Source: Eledone cirrhosa
Lineage: Eukaryota
NCBI GenBank assembly: GCA_964016885.1
Contig: OZ024740.1
Coordinates: 281,542,001-281,606,000, forward strand
Length of the DNA: 64,000 nucleotides
Reading direction: 5' to 3'
Both the position numbers and the translations under genes were made by a program. The notes beneath the pieces are model-generated. The model searched no databases. It was not told the DNA's origin and worked only from the letters and a program-made list of their open reading frames with translations. This document shows positions 15,314 to 28,259 of the stretch, in pieces (the first letter of the stretch is position 1; each line of letters opens with the position of its first letter).

Positions 15314-16376
15314 CACATACACCAATTAAACAAAGTCACAGGTATATATGTGTTTTGGCAACTTTTCACGATGTGGCTCAATGGAGAATTAATAAATTAA
15401 ATAATCAGAGCAAAATACTATAGAGTAAAGCATGTCCAGAGAATTATTTGATAATATATACATCATCTCTACTCCCAATCAGCATAATTAACCACACAAA
15501 AAATCAATTAGACCAGGCTATAAGAATAAAAGGCATCTATGAAGAAATAGTAAATAAATATACCATTGTGGCGTCTTCGCGCACAACCGCTATGGAACAT
15601 TTACCCAACATTTCAACAGCACGTGGAAATTAATTAAATATACGGTCAACCATACATAATTAGGTAAAAATTAATGTTAGAAATGCTTACATACATATCA
15701 GGATTAAATCACTAAATCCCGACCCTAGGGTTTCGCTCACTTTTGAGACACCTTATTAAAGTTGCCAAAACACATATATACCTGTGACTTTGTTTAATTG
15801 GTGTATGTGTAAATATTTGTATTTAATAATCTCCCATAAGGTTGAGATAAAAATTTGGGCTGCGCAACCAAACTACTCACCGTAAGCAACCATTCACACC
15901 CTTCCTGACTTGACCACTGTCACGTCACAGTTCTCAACCATTTTGAATTCGTGTTTGGCGGGGGACACTTCGGAAAATAATATGTCCTAGCGAGTTTATC
16001 CCCTGAAGAGCTCTAAAACTCGAGTATGAACCTTAATAAGGTATCTCAAAAGTGAACGAAACCTTAGGGTCGGGATTTAGTGATTTAATCCTGGTATGTA
16101 TATAAGCATTTCTAACATTAATTTTTACCTAATTATGTATGGTTGACCGTATATTTAATTAATTTCCACGTACTGTTGAAATGTTGGGTAAATATTCTAT
16201 AGCGGTTGCACGCGAAGATGCCACAATAGCGTATTTATTTACTGTTTCTTCATAGATGCCTTTTATTCTTATAGCCTGGTCTAATTGATTTTTTGTGTGG
16301 TTAATTATGCTGATTGGGAGTAGAGATGATGTATATATTATCAAATAATTCTCTGGACATGCTTTACTCTATAGTA
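15311..16376. repeat. Nested inverted-repeat unit with hammerhead, between (TA)n tracts
   Basis: 15415-15757 is inverted at 16033-16376; 15311-15365 is inverted at 15758-15815. Confidence 0.9.
15998..16076 (+). ncRNA. Type I hammerhead ribozyme motif with long stem II
   Basis: ATCCC-CTGAAGA-GCTC...GAAC-GAAA-CCTTAGGG-TC-GGGAT. The inverted copy retains GAGC and the perfect palindrome CCCTAGGG. Confidence 0.85.
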
Positions 16377-16377
16377 T

Positions 16378-16422
<45 letters not shown>

Positions 16423-16588
16423 CATATATATAAGACGCGCGCCATCATCCACTTTTCTAAAAAAAACAAATCATACACCAACAGGTTTGCAAGAGATGTT
16501 AACATGAATGGACCTGTTATTTTATCTAAAGACATTTTTTCCAATTCCATCCCGCTCGTCCGCTCAATCTATTTTATTTCTCATGCTT

Positions 16589-16624
16589 TCTTCTGATGAA
16601 GGACTAGCGTCCGAAACGTTAAGA
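16589..16624 (+). ncRNA. Minimal hammerhead motif
   Basis: TCTT-CTGATGA-A-GGAC-TAGC-GTCC-GAAA-CG-TT-AAGA. 16585-16705 is an inverted copy of 13610-13730. Confidence 0.8.
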
Positions 16625-17229
16625 CCCTCTTCCTGCTATATGAAGCGTTAACCTAATATATACCTTCCATATACTGTACCGATTGTGTTGTTATTTCCGT
16701 TTCCCCTTTACATACATATATATATATATTAATATATATATTTATATATATACACAGGGAGTACCAATAAATATTGCCTGTGTGTATACATTATACATTT
16801 TAGTGGACACCCTGTATATATTTGAATTATTCGTTTATTATTTTAATTGTTTCAAACATATCAAATTGGATTGGGGCTATAATGGAACACCACATTAAAT
16901 CCTAGAACTTATTAAATTTGGTTTTGGCAGAACTAGTAAACACTGATTCCTTCGATTTTCAATCGTTAAACTTAAATATGGAAGCGTATAAAAGATATAA
17001 TCGAGAATGTGGTTACTTTCGTGTTCGTAATATGAAGATAGAAATGAAAGATATATTTCCCTTTTTAAATACATTGATTATTGTATGTAAAGCTTAAATT
17101 TTCAAATATAATAACTCCATTTCTATACATTAATATTGAGGAAAAACAAAACCAAAACCAAAGGCTATTTATGATGTCAAATACTTCGTCGTTAACTCCA
17201 TTACAGAACTCCATTACACTGATGATGTT

Positions 17230-19680
17230 TCAGAAGAATGGGATTTTAAAATAAAGCAAAGGAAGGGGGAGGACCTTCGTAGTAAAGGCGAATTGAGAAT
17301 AAAACAAAGTATAAAATATTTGAGCAGAGTATAAAGTATAAAGGCAGATGAAATGAAAAACACAGAACTGGAGAGAGATATGGAAAGGAAGTATAAAGTA
17401 CGTACCAAAGGGATAGATGTTATCATTGAAGTAACCAAGCAAAGGTTTAAAACAGCTGCAGCAAAGGTGAGTAGATACAGTAGTAGGATTAATCAATACA
17501 ATCAAACTAGGATGTTCAAAAACAATAATAAAATATCTATTTGAAAAGTTGTAGTGAAAGGACAGAACTGAAGACAACATTCCTGGGTGAGAGGAAGGTT
17601 GTCAATATTGGAACAACATATGGGGAAGTGAAGCAAAGCACAATTAATAAGTAGAATGAATCAAAGATGGAACAGAAGAATTGAAAGAAAAGAAAAAAAC
17701 AGTCAAATGTAACTATAACAACCTGTATATTTACCGAAACATTAAAAACACTAATGAATTGGAAATCCCCCGGACCCGAAGGACTACAAGGATACTGGTT
17801 GAAAAACATCAAATCAATTCGACCAAAGACTGCTGAACTTCTGAATAAATGCTTGCAAACAGGGAATATTTCTGATTGGCTAACTTTTGGTGTGACAATA
17901 TGGATGATGAAAGATAAAGAAACAACGATTGTGGTTACTAACTATCGGCCGATCACATGTCTTCCAGCGCTTTGAAAGTTATTGACAGATATGATAGCGG
18001 ATATCTATGAACCGTTGGAGAACAAGAATTTACTGCCCGTAGAGCAGAAACGGTGTAGAAAGCAGACAAAGAGTACAACATATCAGATCTAGTTGATAAA
18101 ATGGTAATGCGGAATTGCAGAATGAGATTAGCCATGGGATTGGTTGATTATCAAAAACATATGATATGGTCCCACACTTTTGAATAGTAGAAAGTATGAA
18201 AATAATGAGTGGCAGATAACGTGACAGAAACGATAGAAAAGTATATGAAAAAAAAAAACGGAAAAGGAAACTTGTTGCTGGCAATGAATCTTTAGGGGCA
18301 GTGAACATAAAGTGATATATTTTCTTCTATAATTCATAATTGCTTTGATGCCTCTTACGAGGATTTTGAGGAGAACCAAAGCTGGATATGAATTAGGAAA
18401 AGAAAAGGGTGCCATAAATCACGTCCCACTTATTAATGACCGTAAATAATAAGGAAAGAATGAAAAACAACTTGATGCATTAGTGAACCCTGTTAGGAAG
18501 TTTAGTAAAGACATTGGCATAACATTTTGAATACAGAAATGTGGCATACTTACTATGGAAAGGCATATTGCTATTATGCATCTATTCGTATTATGAATAA
18601 AGGGGTGCTGTTGTCAAATAACAAGAAAATGCAACAAATAGATCAAATCATGGGATACAAATATCTAGGAATACTTGAGGCAAACAAGATTTTTTAAATG
18701 AGTATTATAGAAGGGCGAAAACCCCTCTGAAGTCAAAATTGAATGCAGGAAACACCATTACCATCCAGTGAATCCAGTGCGGTAGTTTTTGTGAGGTATT
18801 GGGCAGGAATAATATCGTGGAAAAGGAGTGAATTAGAAGAAATGGATAGAAAGACAAGAAAACTGCTATGTTTAGAGAGTTCAACAAAATATTGAGATAT
18901 GGAAGACGGGGAGAGAAGTCTTATCAGTGTAAAAATTGTGTTTACATGGAAGTAGTTAATTGAAGGTAGTATGTAAGGGACAGAAAAGAAGCATTAATAA
19001 AAGAATTAAAAAGAGAAAACAACGCTCGGCTAATATAAAAAAAAGAAAAACAATTGCTGCTAGAATGTAACTGTACAAAGAAGAAACATGTCATGGAAAG
19101 TCTACGTGAACACTGAGAAGATGGGTCTGAATCGGGAAAGACTATATGAAAGAAAGAGACAGGTGGGTAGTTAATAAATGCAATATAAATTATGGAGACA
19201 TGACAAAGCGACTCGGATTATTCATTGGAAACTTTGTCACAAATTCAGCTTTAATTGATCTGAGAAATTGTATAATCATCAAGTTGAAAGGGTGATGAGA
19301 AGTCAAAAGGTCAACCTCGTGGGATTTTCAGACGAAGTGATTGGGCACTGTAAACCAGATATTGATTTGTTCAACAAGGCTGTCAGAAATGTGTGGATTA
19401 TAGAAGTTTGCTGACTATTTGACACTAGTATAGAAGAGAAAGCGAAAGAAAAAGTAAGAGTGTATAATGAATAGCAGTATGAAATGTTGATGATCTGGAA
19501 TTACAAGAAGGTAGGGATAATAACAGTTATCATTAGATCTTTAATCACCGTGTCAAGTAGTCTTGAAATATGACTCGTACAGATACAGATAAGGCAAAAC
19601 ATTTTAGCGCTATGCAAATGAGATGCTTGTTGGGGACAGCACGGAATTTTAGGATATGTGTTGAATACTTAAGATCAAAT
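17230..19680 (+). mobile_element. Decayed R4/Dong-like LINE (RT plus restriction-like endonuclease)
   Basis: WKSPGPEGLQGYWLK, NYRPITCL, DYQKTYDMVPH, YKYLGILE, RHDKATRIIHWKLC, KPDI; many stops and frameshifts. Confidence 0.85.
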
Positions 19681-19739
19681 GAGATTAAATTAATATTTGA
19701 CAAAAATTACAACTTAAACATCAAAATTGTCTGATTGAA

Positions 19740-19960
19740 AATAATGGTTTCTTATATAGACACAAGGCCAGTAATTTGGGGGGAGGGGGAAGTCGATTAA
19801 ATCGACCCCAGTGCGTGACTGGTACTTTATTTTATCGACCCCATAAGGATGAAAGGCAAAGTTAACCTCGGCCGGATTTGAGCTCAGATCATAAAGAGCC
19901 GTAACTCTATGTTGCAAAGCATGGCGTCCGACCCTCTACCGATACTGCCATCCACCGCCC
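19740..19960 (-). mobile_element. tRNA-derived SINE family A
   Basis: Reverse complement of the 10667 copy with a longer 3' part. Confidence 0.88.
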
Positions 19961-20049
19961 TCACGTGCGATTGAAAATAATAATAATAATAATTTCTTGA
20001 TTGATGATTCGAGCCGAAAGCATTGAAGCAATACGATAAACAAAGTCAG

Positions 20050-21990
20050 TGATAATTTACATATGATCGCGTAAAGAGAGAAAGAAAACAGGTATGAAAA
20101 TAACTAATTTACAGCAGAATTCACCAATGAGGAGGAGAACCACCCAGGGGTAATTTAGGAAGCCCACAGATTCGAGATCACCTCGATCATCGATCACCAG
20201 GAGCGCCATAGGAGATTTCCCCTCTCCCCTCTGTTCTTTCTAGCCTGTAAGCGCATGTTTAGAGTAGGCCCATTCATTCAGACCATTCTTGCAGTATTCA
20301 TCTACCTGCCAACAAATATATTAGTGGCAGAACGTCCTCTCCGCCCACATTTCTAAGTGGAACTTTAAAACGTCATTGGGGACTTAGCCGAATAGGTAAT
20401 TGTTTGTCTTCAGTCCTTTCAGTCTCGTCCACCTCTTACTTATTTTGCCACATCCATCAGATAGAAAGTTGTCATTCCAACCAAAAGAAGGCTGTGGAAC
20501 GATCTTCACGATGAAATTGGCGGATAGCCGGATCTGTCCGAAATATAAAAATAGCTGTTCGACAAAACTCCCCAAGTCAGAAATGTTAGGATATTGGGTT
20601 CATCTCGAACAGGTCTGTCTGACAGCTCTTCATTGCCTGTAGATTATGTTATGTTTCAAACCGGCAGTATTTTCCACGTCCGGTTGGGAATTTCTGCAGA
20701 TTACCCATAAACCCCAAACAGAGATTCTTCCAGAACATAGTGAACAGTTTATTCTGATCGATACCTAGAGTTTCTCTGTGAACACCGTCGGTCTTGCCCA
20801 CCACTTGTTCTGTGTCGAATGTTAGCGTCAAATTTTCAATTACCGCATTCTCCAACTTGTAGTCGGCTATGAGGAACTGGCAACATTTCAGATGACAGCG
20901 CCCAGTTCCGTTTTCACTTGACCCAAGACTGCAGGTCAGTCAAGGAAACAAGCTACCGAAAGCCTCGGTGTACTTGATGATTGACACTACTATAGTGACG
21001 TCGAACGCATATACCGACACGATTCTTTCGAATCCTAGTTCGCGTGGAATATGCCTTTATGCTCCTAGTTTCTGCACTAGTGACATTAGTGTGAGTACAT
21101 ACAGTAGAAAAGAGAAGGGACGGCATGAAGAACCAAATGCATGATACTGAAGAGTTTCGTTACATGGACATAAGCTCTGACCATCGAGCAAATGTAGCTC
21201 TACATTGCATCGATCCATCTTCTAAAGAGGGGACTGAAACTGGCTAGCCGCCAGGTATTGATTGTCGACAATATCGAAAGCTTTTGATTGACTTAAGCTG
21301 ATGGGGGATCTACTTGTGCCAGGTTTTTACCCACCTTCTCTATAATATATCGAATGAAGTGGAGGTTGTCGCGTCCATTGATATGTTCCAATTAGAGCAT
21401 TGACAAGTGCCAACCACTTTGTTAACACATTGGCAAAAAATCTTGAAATCTACATTTAGCTGGAGCTGTAAATTATTGATGTGGTTCTTCTTATTTGGAT
21501 TAACAGTGCCACCGCTTCTCCACTCACAGATCTGTGTATTCTTCCGTTTTGCTTCCACTTCTGGTCGACATCTGCCAAGATGTGACCGAACAATTTGAAC
21601 AGCACATAAAACTCGAGAGCAGACCATCTAAACCAAGTGATTTGCTCGTGTAGCCAGCTATTGCCACCCGTATTTCAATAGCTATCATCAGTTTTTCACA
21701 ACATTCCGCTTCCGTTACCAAGATTTGTAACAAGCCGTCGAAGTAGGTATTGATGTTCATCTTTAATTCGGCCAGTCAACAGTCCTAAACAATTGAGCAA
21801 AATGCTGCTGGAAAGCTATATACATTTGTTTTGAATGGAGCAGCACGCACTCGTGGTAGTCCGAATACTGGTTTTGTTGCCACGGCTCACCCCTGCCGTT
21901 AGGGCCCATCGAACGACTTTCATTCCTTCGTGTCGTAGAGTAGGTGCCTTAGTTCTGAAAACGTGCTTGGCGTTTGTAGAGGGCCACTCT
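20050..21990 (-). mobile_element. Heavily decayed L1/Tx1-like LINE
   Basis: EAECCEK...EIRVAI...KSLGLDGL (pre-RT KSPGxDG-like motif) and a C-terminal SFVEQLF region; fragmented. The clade call is tentative. Confidence 0.55.
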
Positions 21991-22099
21991 CACCGTAAGA
22001 TATAAATACAATTTTCAGAAACCATTTTTGTGCAAATCATACTAAAATTTGAAAGTGTAGAAAAAATCTTATAGTAAAATTCTCAAATTTTCAATCATT

Positions 22100-22245
22100 C
22101 CAGCATAGTTACGTCCCTTTACGATCTGAGTTCAAATCCCGCCGAGGTTGACTTTGCCTTTCATCCTTACGAGGTCGATAAAATAAAAGTACCAGTAATG
22201 CACTGGTTAATTGCTGGCCTTGTGCCTAAAGTAGAAACAATTATT
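22100..22245 (+). mobile_element. tRNA-derived SINE family A, 5'-truncated
   Basis: B-box, core and tail as in the other copies. Confidence 0.85.
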
Positions 22246-22503
22246 TATCAATTCATACAATTTGTTATTTTGAAAATGTGAGGATTTTTTTTTTCCTTTT
22301 ATCCTCTGGTATTTCTTTGCGGGATTGTGTTTGTGTGTGCGTCTGTGTGTGGGCTGTGTGTGGGTGTGGGTGTGGGGGTTATGTTTTATATGAGGTTACA
22401 CACATATATGCACTTACATGTGTATATACTCGTAGATATGTGTATGATTAATAAAAGTGCCAAAAGGACTGAGAAATTATTTTTGACATTTGCAGTTATA
22501 GCT

Positions 22504-22547
<44 letters not shown>

Positions 22548-22794
22548 TGTGTGTGTCTGTGTGTGTGTCTGTGTGTGTGTGTGCGTGTGTGTTTGTGTGT
22601 GCGTGCGTGTGTGTGTGTGTGTGTGTGCGTGTGTTTGTGTGTGTGTGTGTGTGTGCGTGTGTGAAGGTAGATAAGGTTTTCTTTGTGTATTTCAGGAAAG
22701 AGTTTGACTCGACGGTATCTTTTGAATCGTAGAGCATATATACAAGCGGGAGAATGTGGTATATAGGTCCAGAAGAGATCACGGAGTATATTAT

Positions 22795-23735
22795 CATAAG
22801 CAAGTATTGCACCAAGAAAAATATAACCATCAGCGTGAAAGGAGATTCGGAATTTATTTTCTTCAACATATGTTTCTGACTACAATATATATTGTTCAAT
22901 CATATGCAATACTTAACAATTTATCACACTTCATCAGAAAGCCTATAATTGTGGAAGTGACTATTCACTACGCAGTAGAGAAGGGTAGAGTGGGTAGGGA
23001 GGTAATAGAAATAGCGACCGGAAATGACCTTCTAAATTCCCGGCATGATAGGGTATTTAATTGCAAACACAGGGTTATCAAAACCTTCGCTAAATACAAA
23101 CTGGACTAGAACAAGATTCAATACTTATTACCTAGGTTTTACTATATCCTAGTTAATACATTTTCTGTGCAATTTGAACTTTTCACACCAACCCAAAGAA
23201 TTCAGTAATATTCAAAACAATCTCATTTTCTTAATTCCTTTCCTCCCTACCCACATTACCCTCTCCTTTTCTGTCCTTCTCTCTATACCTTCTCTACCCT
23301 CTAGACCATATATGGCAGACATCAAAAACATTCACCCATACCAATAGTCTAGGAATAATTGTTCCACATCACAGCACACAGATTAACAATATGAAACTAT
23401 TTACCCCCCCCCCCCCCCCCCCCCCCGCCCACTCCCTCTCCTCTCTACTATCATACTAACTGACTGTATGTTAATCATTTTAAATTATTTACATTTTCTT
23501 AAACGAAAATCCCATTCCCGAATTCTACCACGTAGTGAATAGTCACTTCCACAATTATAGGCTTTTTGAGGAAATGCGATAAATAATTAAGTATTGCATA
23601 TGATTGAACAATATATATTGTCGTGAGCATATGTAGGCGATTACAATAGACACAGAAACATATGTTAAAGAAAATAAATTCCTAATCTCCTTTCATGCCG
23701 ATGGTTATAATTTTGGCGTGCAATACTTGCTTATA
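22795..23735. repeat. Diverged inverted repeat (~190 bp arms) with a degenerate hammerhead-like motif
   Basis: 22795-22980 is inverted at 23525-23735. Minus strand CTGATGA near 22937 and GAA-CAATATATATTG-TH. Confidence 0.7.
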
Positions 23736-23741
23736 TATATG

Positions 23742-23776
<35 letters not shown>

Positions 23777-23777
23777 C

Positions 23778-23842
<65 letters not shown>

Positions 23843-23844
<2 letters not shown>

Positions 23845-23947
23845 CACTGGGGTCATGACTCTTTTCATATTACCAACTCTACTACACTAAGTATTGAGTA
23901 TTCAGGTGCATTATGGTCCACCTGGTATTTTACCACGCCCCCTTTGT

Positions 23948-23950
<3 letters not shown>
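23843..23950 (+). mobile_element. Family H copy 2 (tail only)
   Basis: GGGGTCATGACTCTTTTCATATTACCAACTCTAC...TTGTTA between microsatellites. Confidence 0.75.
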
Positions 23951-24016
<66 letters not shown>

Positions 24017-24019
<3 letters not shown>

Positions 24020-25238
24020 GATGGTTGGATGAATAGATCATAGGCTGACCAAGATACTCTCATGGAACGTGACCAAATGAGGTTTATTTTTCAACATAGT
24101 CCCTCGTGCGGTCCACACACTTCTTTCGTTGCTATTGTAGTGCTTGGATTCCATTGATGAAGAAGCTTTCAATTTGTTGGTTAAAAAGTCATCCACATCA
24201 GATATGCGATACTGGTTCCCATGTTTATTCCTGCTGGGGAACAGATGATAGTCAGATGGGGCTAAATTAGGAGAATAGGGAGGGTGATCAACCAGTTCAA
24301 AGCCACAGTCACGCACAGGCACCATTGAAATGAAGTATTTGTATGGTGGAGCATTGTCCTGAAGAAACAAGACCCCTTTCATTAGTTTTGATGGTTTGGT
24401 CTTGATATTCTTTCGTAACAGCTTCCGCAAGTTAGCATAGTATTCTCCATTGATAGTGTGGCACCTTTGAAGATCGTCAATAAACACAATGCATTTTACA
24501 TTCCAAACAACTGAAGCGATCACCTTCCCTGCAGATTAAACGACCTTGGATTTTGGGGGAGCAGGGGAGGAGGGGTGTGCCACTGCATGGATAGTCTCTT
24601 TGTCTCTGGATTTGATCAAAGTGATGAAACTAACACTCATCGTGGGTAAGGAAACCCTAAGGAAATCAGCTGGATCTGCCTCAAATAATGTCAGGCGTTC
24701 CTGTGATGTGAACACACTGGTCAGAAGACGTGGTACTCACTGAACAGAAACCTTCGTCATGCTAAATTCATTGTGTAAACTATTCTCAACTCCCTCAAGG
24801 GATATGCTAATAATATTTTCTATTTGATTTATAGTCAACCGCCTGTCAGCCATCACCATGTGGTGAACATGATCACTGTTTTCCTCGCTGGTGGTCATCT
24901 TAAAGACCTTGGGTCATCTTAAAGACTCGCTTTTCCACTCCTAAATTCAGCTGCCCACTTTTGCCCTGTGATAAAATTGAAGCCTCATCTCTGTGTAGCA
25001 ATGATGTCAGCATGAATGTCCTTGGGGCCTTAACACTTTTTTTCTGCAGGTACTTGATAAGACCACGATGCCAAATGTTGTCCATTTTCAAGAGAACCCG
25101 CTACAAGTTACTTTTGAAGCCTTCTTTGAAGTCAGATGTCAGTTTACATGGAAAGAAACAATGCAGTTATTAATCAGGAGAGTTGAAATTAATACATGCA
25201 AGATTTTACAAGTCTAGCATGAGCTTCTCAGCCCATCC

Positions 25239-25243
<5 letters not shown>
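24017..25243 (-). mobile_element. Decayed mariner element (~1.2 kb)
   Basis: INGEYYANL, FLQDNAPP, HPPYSPNLAPSDYHLF; N-terminal HRGLIKYLQKK; degenerate TIRs. Confidence 0.92.
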
Positions 25244-25317
<74 letters not shown>

Positions 25318-25320
<3 letters not shown>

Positions 25321-25765
25321 GATATTAATAAATGGAACTATATTTATAAAACCATATTTATTTCATTATACATATTTCAAGGATACCATTTTAAATTATG
25401 GTATGCCTTCATCAGACAAAATACAATATATACCAGTTTTATAAATAAACATTGACGTACCCTTTCAAAATTCGACCGTTACTTTTGGAAGACATCAGGA
25501 TAGTGGTTTGTTTATTTTAGTAAATCGTTGTGTTAAGGAGAAGGAAAAACACAACGACTTACTAAAATAAACAAACCACTATCCTGATATCTTCCAAAAG
25601 TAACGGTCGCATTTTGAAAGGGTACGTCAATGTTTATTTATAAAACTGGTATATATTGTATTTTGTCTGATGAAGGCATACCATAATTTAAAATGGTATC
25701 CTTGAAATATGTATAATGAAATAAATATGGTTTTATAAATATAGTTTCCATTTATTAATATCGTA
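25318..25765. repeat. 448 bp palindrome (short spacer) with two hammerheads
   Basis: Arms are complementary. CTGATGA-AGGCATACCAT...ATGGTATCCTT-GAAA-TATG-TA at 25663-25716 (+) and 25366-25419 (-). Confidence 0.92.
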
Positions 25766-25924
25766 TATTTACTCCAAATACTTGTCGAGTGCTTTATATC
25801 AGTTATAAAAATATTTGCTTGTTGTATCCCAACAATTTAAATCGAACTTTTGCATATATATATATATATATATATATATAGTTTTGCGAGGTTTTTTATA
25901 TGAAATCGTGTGTCGAAACAAATA

Positions 25925-26675
25925 TTGTTATACTTGGGGGGAACTAAAAGGACGAAAAAACGGGTCAGTACTATACGAACATGCCAGACAACACGACGGT
26001 AACATAGACAACATAGAAATTAGAATAATATCTAAACATAGAAATGACCCAGAAGATAGGCAAATCAGAGAGGCCAGTGAAATAGAACTTAGAAGGCCAA
26101 GACTAAACAGAAAGAATGAATGGAATAACAACAACACCCAAACAAACAACACTGACCTAAGAGAAGTATAAATAAATAGATAAATAAATAAATAAATACA
26201 TGCACAAGCACAATAACAACAAACACATATAAACACACACTAGTAAACATAGAACCATTAACCAATACACAGTCACCCAATCACGAACACACATCAAACA
26301 AAAACTATACACACACGCAAACGCATGCGCAAAGAAGACAAAATAAAATAAACAAACAAATAAATAAATAAATATATAAACAGACTAAATAAAGATGGCG
26401 TAGACATACAATACAACGGGAGGAATCTATAGCACCACTGACGATGTTGCAGATGTGCAACGAAAGAACTTTGATAAACTATATATATGTGTTTGTGTCT
26501 ATATTGTATCTGTATTATTTTTTACCGTTGGTCAGTCAATGGCAACATTGAGGACCGTATAAATTAGATTACCGATATAAAAGACACAGAAGCGAAAAGC
26601 GAAAACCAACCAAACAGTGAGTGTGTTCTGTTATTAATTCTGGCAATATTACACAAATATGACCCTCCACAAGTA

Positions 26676-26680
<5 letters not shown>
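25925..26680 (+). mobile_element. PLE clade-B 3' fragment plus pLTR
   Basis: WGELKGRKNGSVLYEHARQHDG...RQIREASEIELRRPRLNRKNEW; closely similar to 59210-59880 in reverse. Confidence 0.85.
26436..26473 (+). ncRNA. Minimal hammerhead motif
   Basis: CA-CTGACGA-T-GTTGCA-GATG-TGCAAC-GAAA-GAAC-TT-TG. Confidence 0.72.
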
Positions 26681-26728
<48 letters not shown>

Positions 26729-26814
26729 GGAAAGTTATATTTAAATTGTTGGGTTACAACTAGTAAATATTTATAACTGATATAAAAGCACTCAGCAAGT
26801 ATTTGGAGTATATT

Positions 26815-27183
26815 TACGATATTAAATAAATGGAAACTATATTTATAAAACCATATTTATTTCATTATATATATTTCAGGGATATCATATTAACAATATG
26901 CTATGCCTTCCTCAGACAAAATACAATATAGACAGTTTTATAGATAAATAGATTTGACATACCGTTCAACATCGACTTGTATTTGAAAAGTTGATTTGCC
27001 AAATCAACTTTTCAAATACAAGTCGATGTTGAACGGTATGTCAAATCTATTTATCTATAAAACTGTCTATATTGTATTTTGTCTGAGGAAGGCATAGCAT
27101 ATTGTTAATATGATATCCCTGAAATATATATAATGAAATAAATATGGTTTTATAAATATAGTTTCCATTTATTTAATATCGTA
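26815..27183. repeat. 369 bp essentially perfect palindrome centred at 26999 with two hammerheads; same family as 25318-25765
   Basis: CTGAGGA-...-GAAA motifs at 27079-27133 (+) and 26865-26919 (-). Confidence 0.93.
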
Positions 27184-28259
27184 CATATATATATATATAT
27201 TATAATGTGGGGATAACCGACCAGGGATGTGCAGACCACATTTTGGTTGGTTGGTCGACTATAATGCAGGTAAAATGAAGCGCTGAGCAACCTATATAAA
27301 TGTTAGAAGCCGGGGCATTATATAGTATTAAAAGAATCGGAGGCCATAAGCAGTTGATTTAAGTTTCTTTATATCTCCATAATACATATTTCGCTGAAGA
27401 CTACCAATACCGATGACATGAGCTTTTAGAGTGCATAAAAACCTCTAAAAAAACTTGAAATTTTTCAAAATCTACTTCATATATGTACGTATGACTACGT
27501 GCGTATGTATATATAGATCTATATGTGTGTGTAAGTGTATATACATGTATGTGTGTATACGTATATATACACTTGGGTCGGGTTCTCCGTACATATGTGT
27601 ATATATGAGTGCGTATGTACAGTGTATGTACCTACATTAGGAACTTGTGTACTGATCTGGGATGTGTATGTGTGTGTACCTCAATATGCATACTGCGTTG
27701 CCTGATTGATAATACCCATGTGTATGTGTATATATGGGCGCACTTCCATAGATGTGTGCGGGGGATCACAGTATGAGAGTGCGTATGCAAAGAACCCGTT
27801 ATCTAACTAGACTGCTACTATTAATACTTACACAATTACTAATAGTAATACTATTATTGTTATTATTATTATTATTTCAGCGATTTATTATTTTTTCCTA
27901 GCAAATTTTTTCTCCCCTAGGAAATGTTTTCCTCCCCAAGTACGTATATGTATGATCACACTCCATAGTTCTTCTTTCATAGAGTTACAGCCTTTAGTAT
28001 GACAATAGACCTATATTCATATCTAACACAATGATCACAATATATTATGTTATATTATATTTTACATCACATCTTTACTTCACGTCTCATTCATGATATC
28101 ACGTTTTATATGTTATATATTATATTTTACATTTTATATCAGGCTTTTTATATTTCAATTATCCTATCCCATTATTCTATAATTCCATTTATTTATTTAT
28201 TTACTTATTTACTTGCCAGCATTTAACTTACATCATTTATCTGTCATTTTACTCACCCC

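Noticed and set aside
15448-16344. Two near-identical 61 aa ORFs on opposite strands
   Set aside because: By-product of the 345 bp inverted repeat; TTG start and no recognisable motif.
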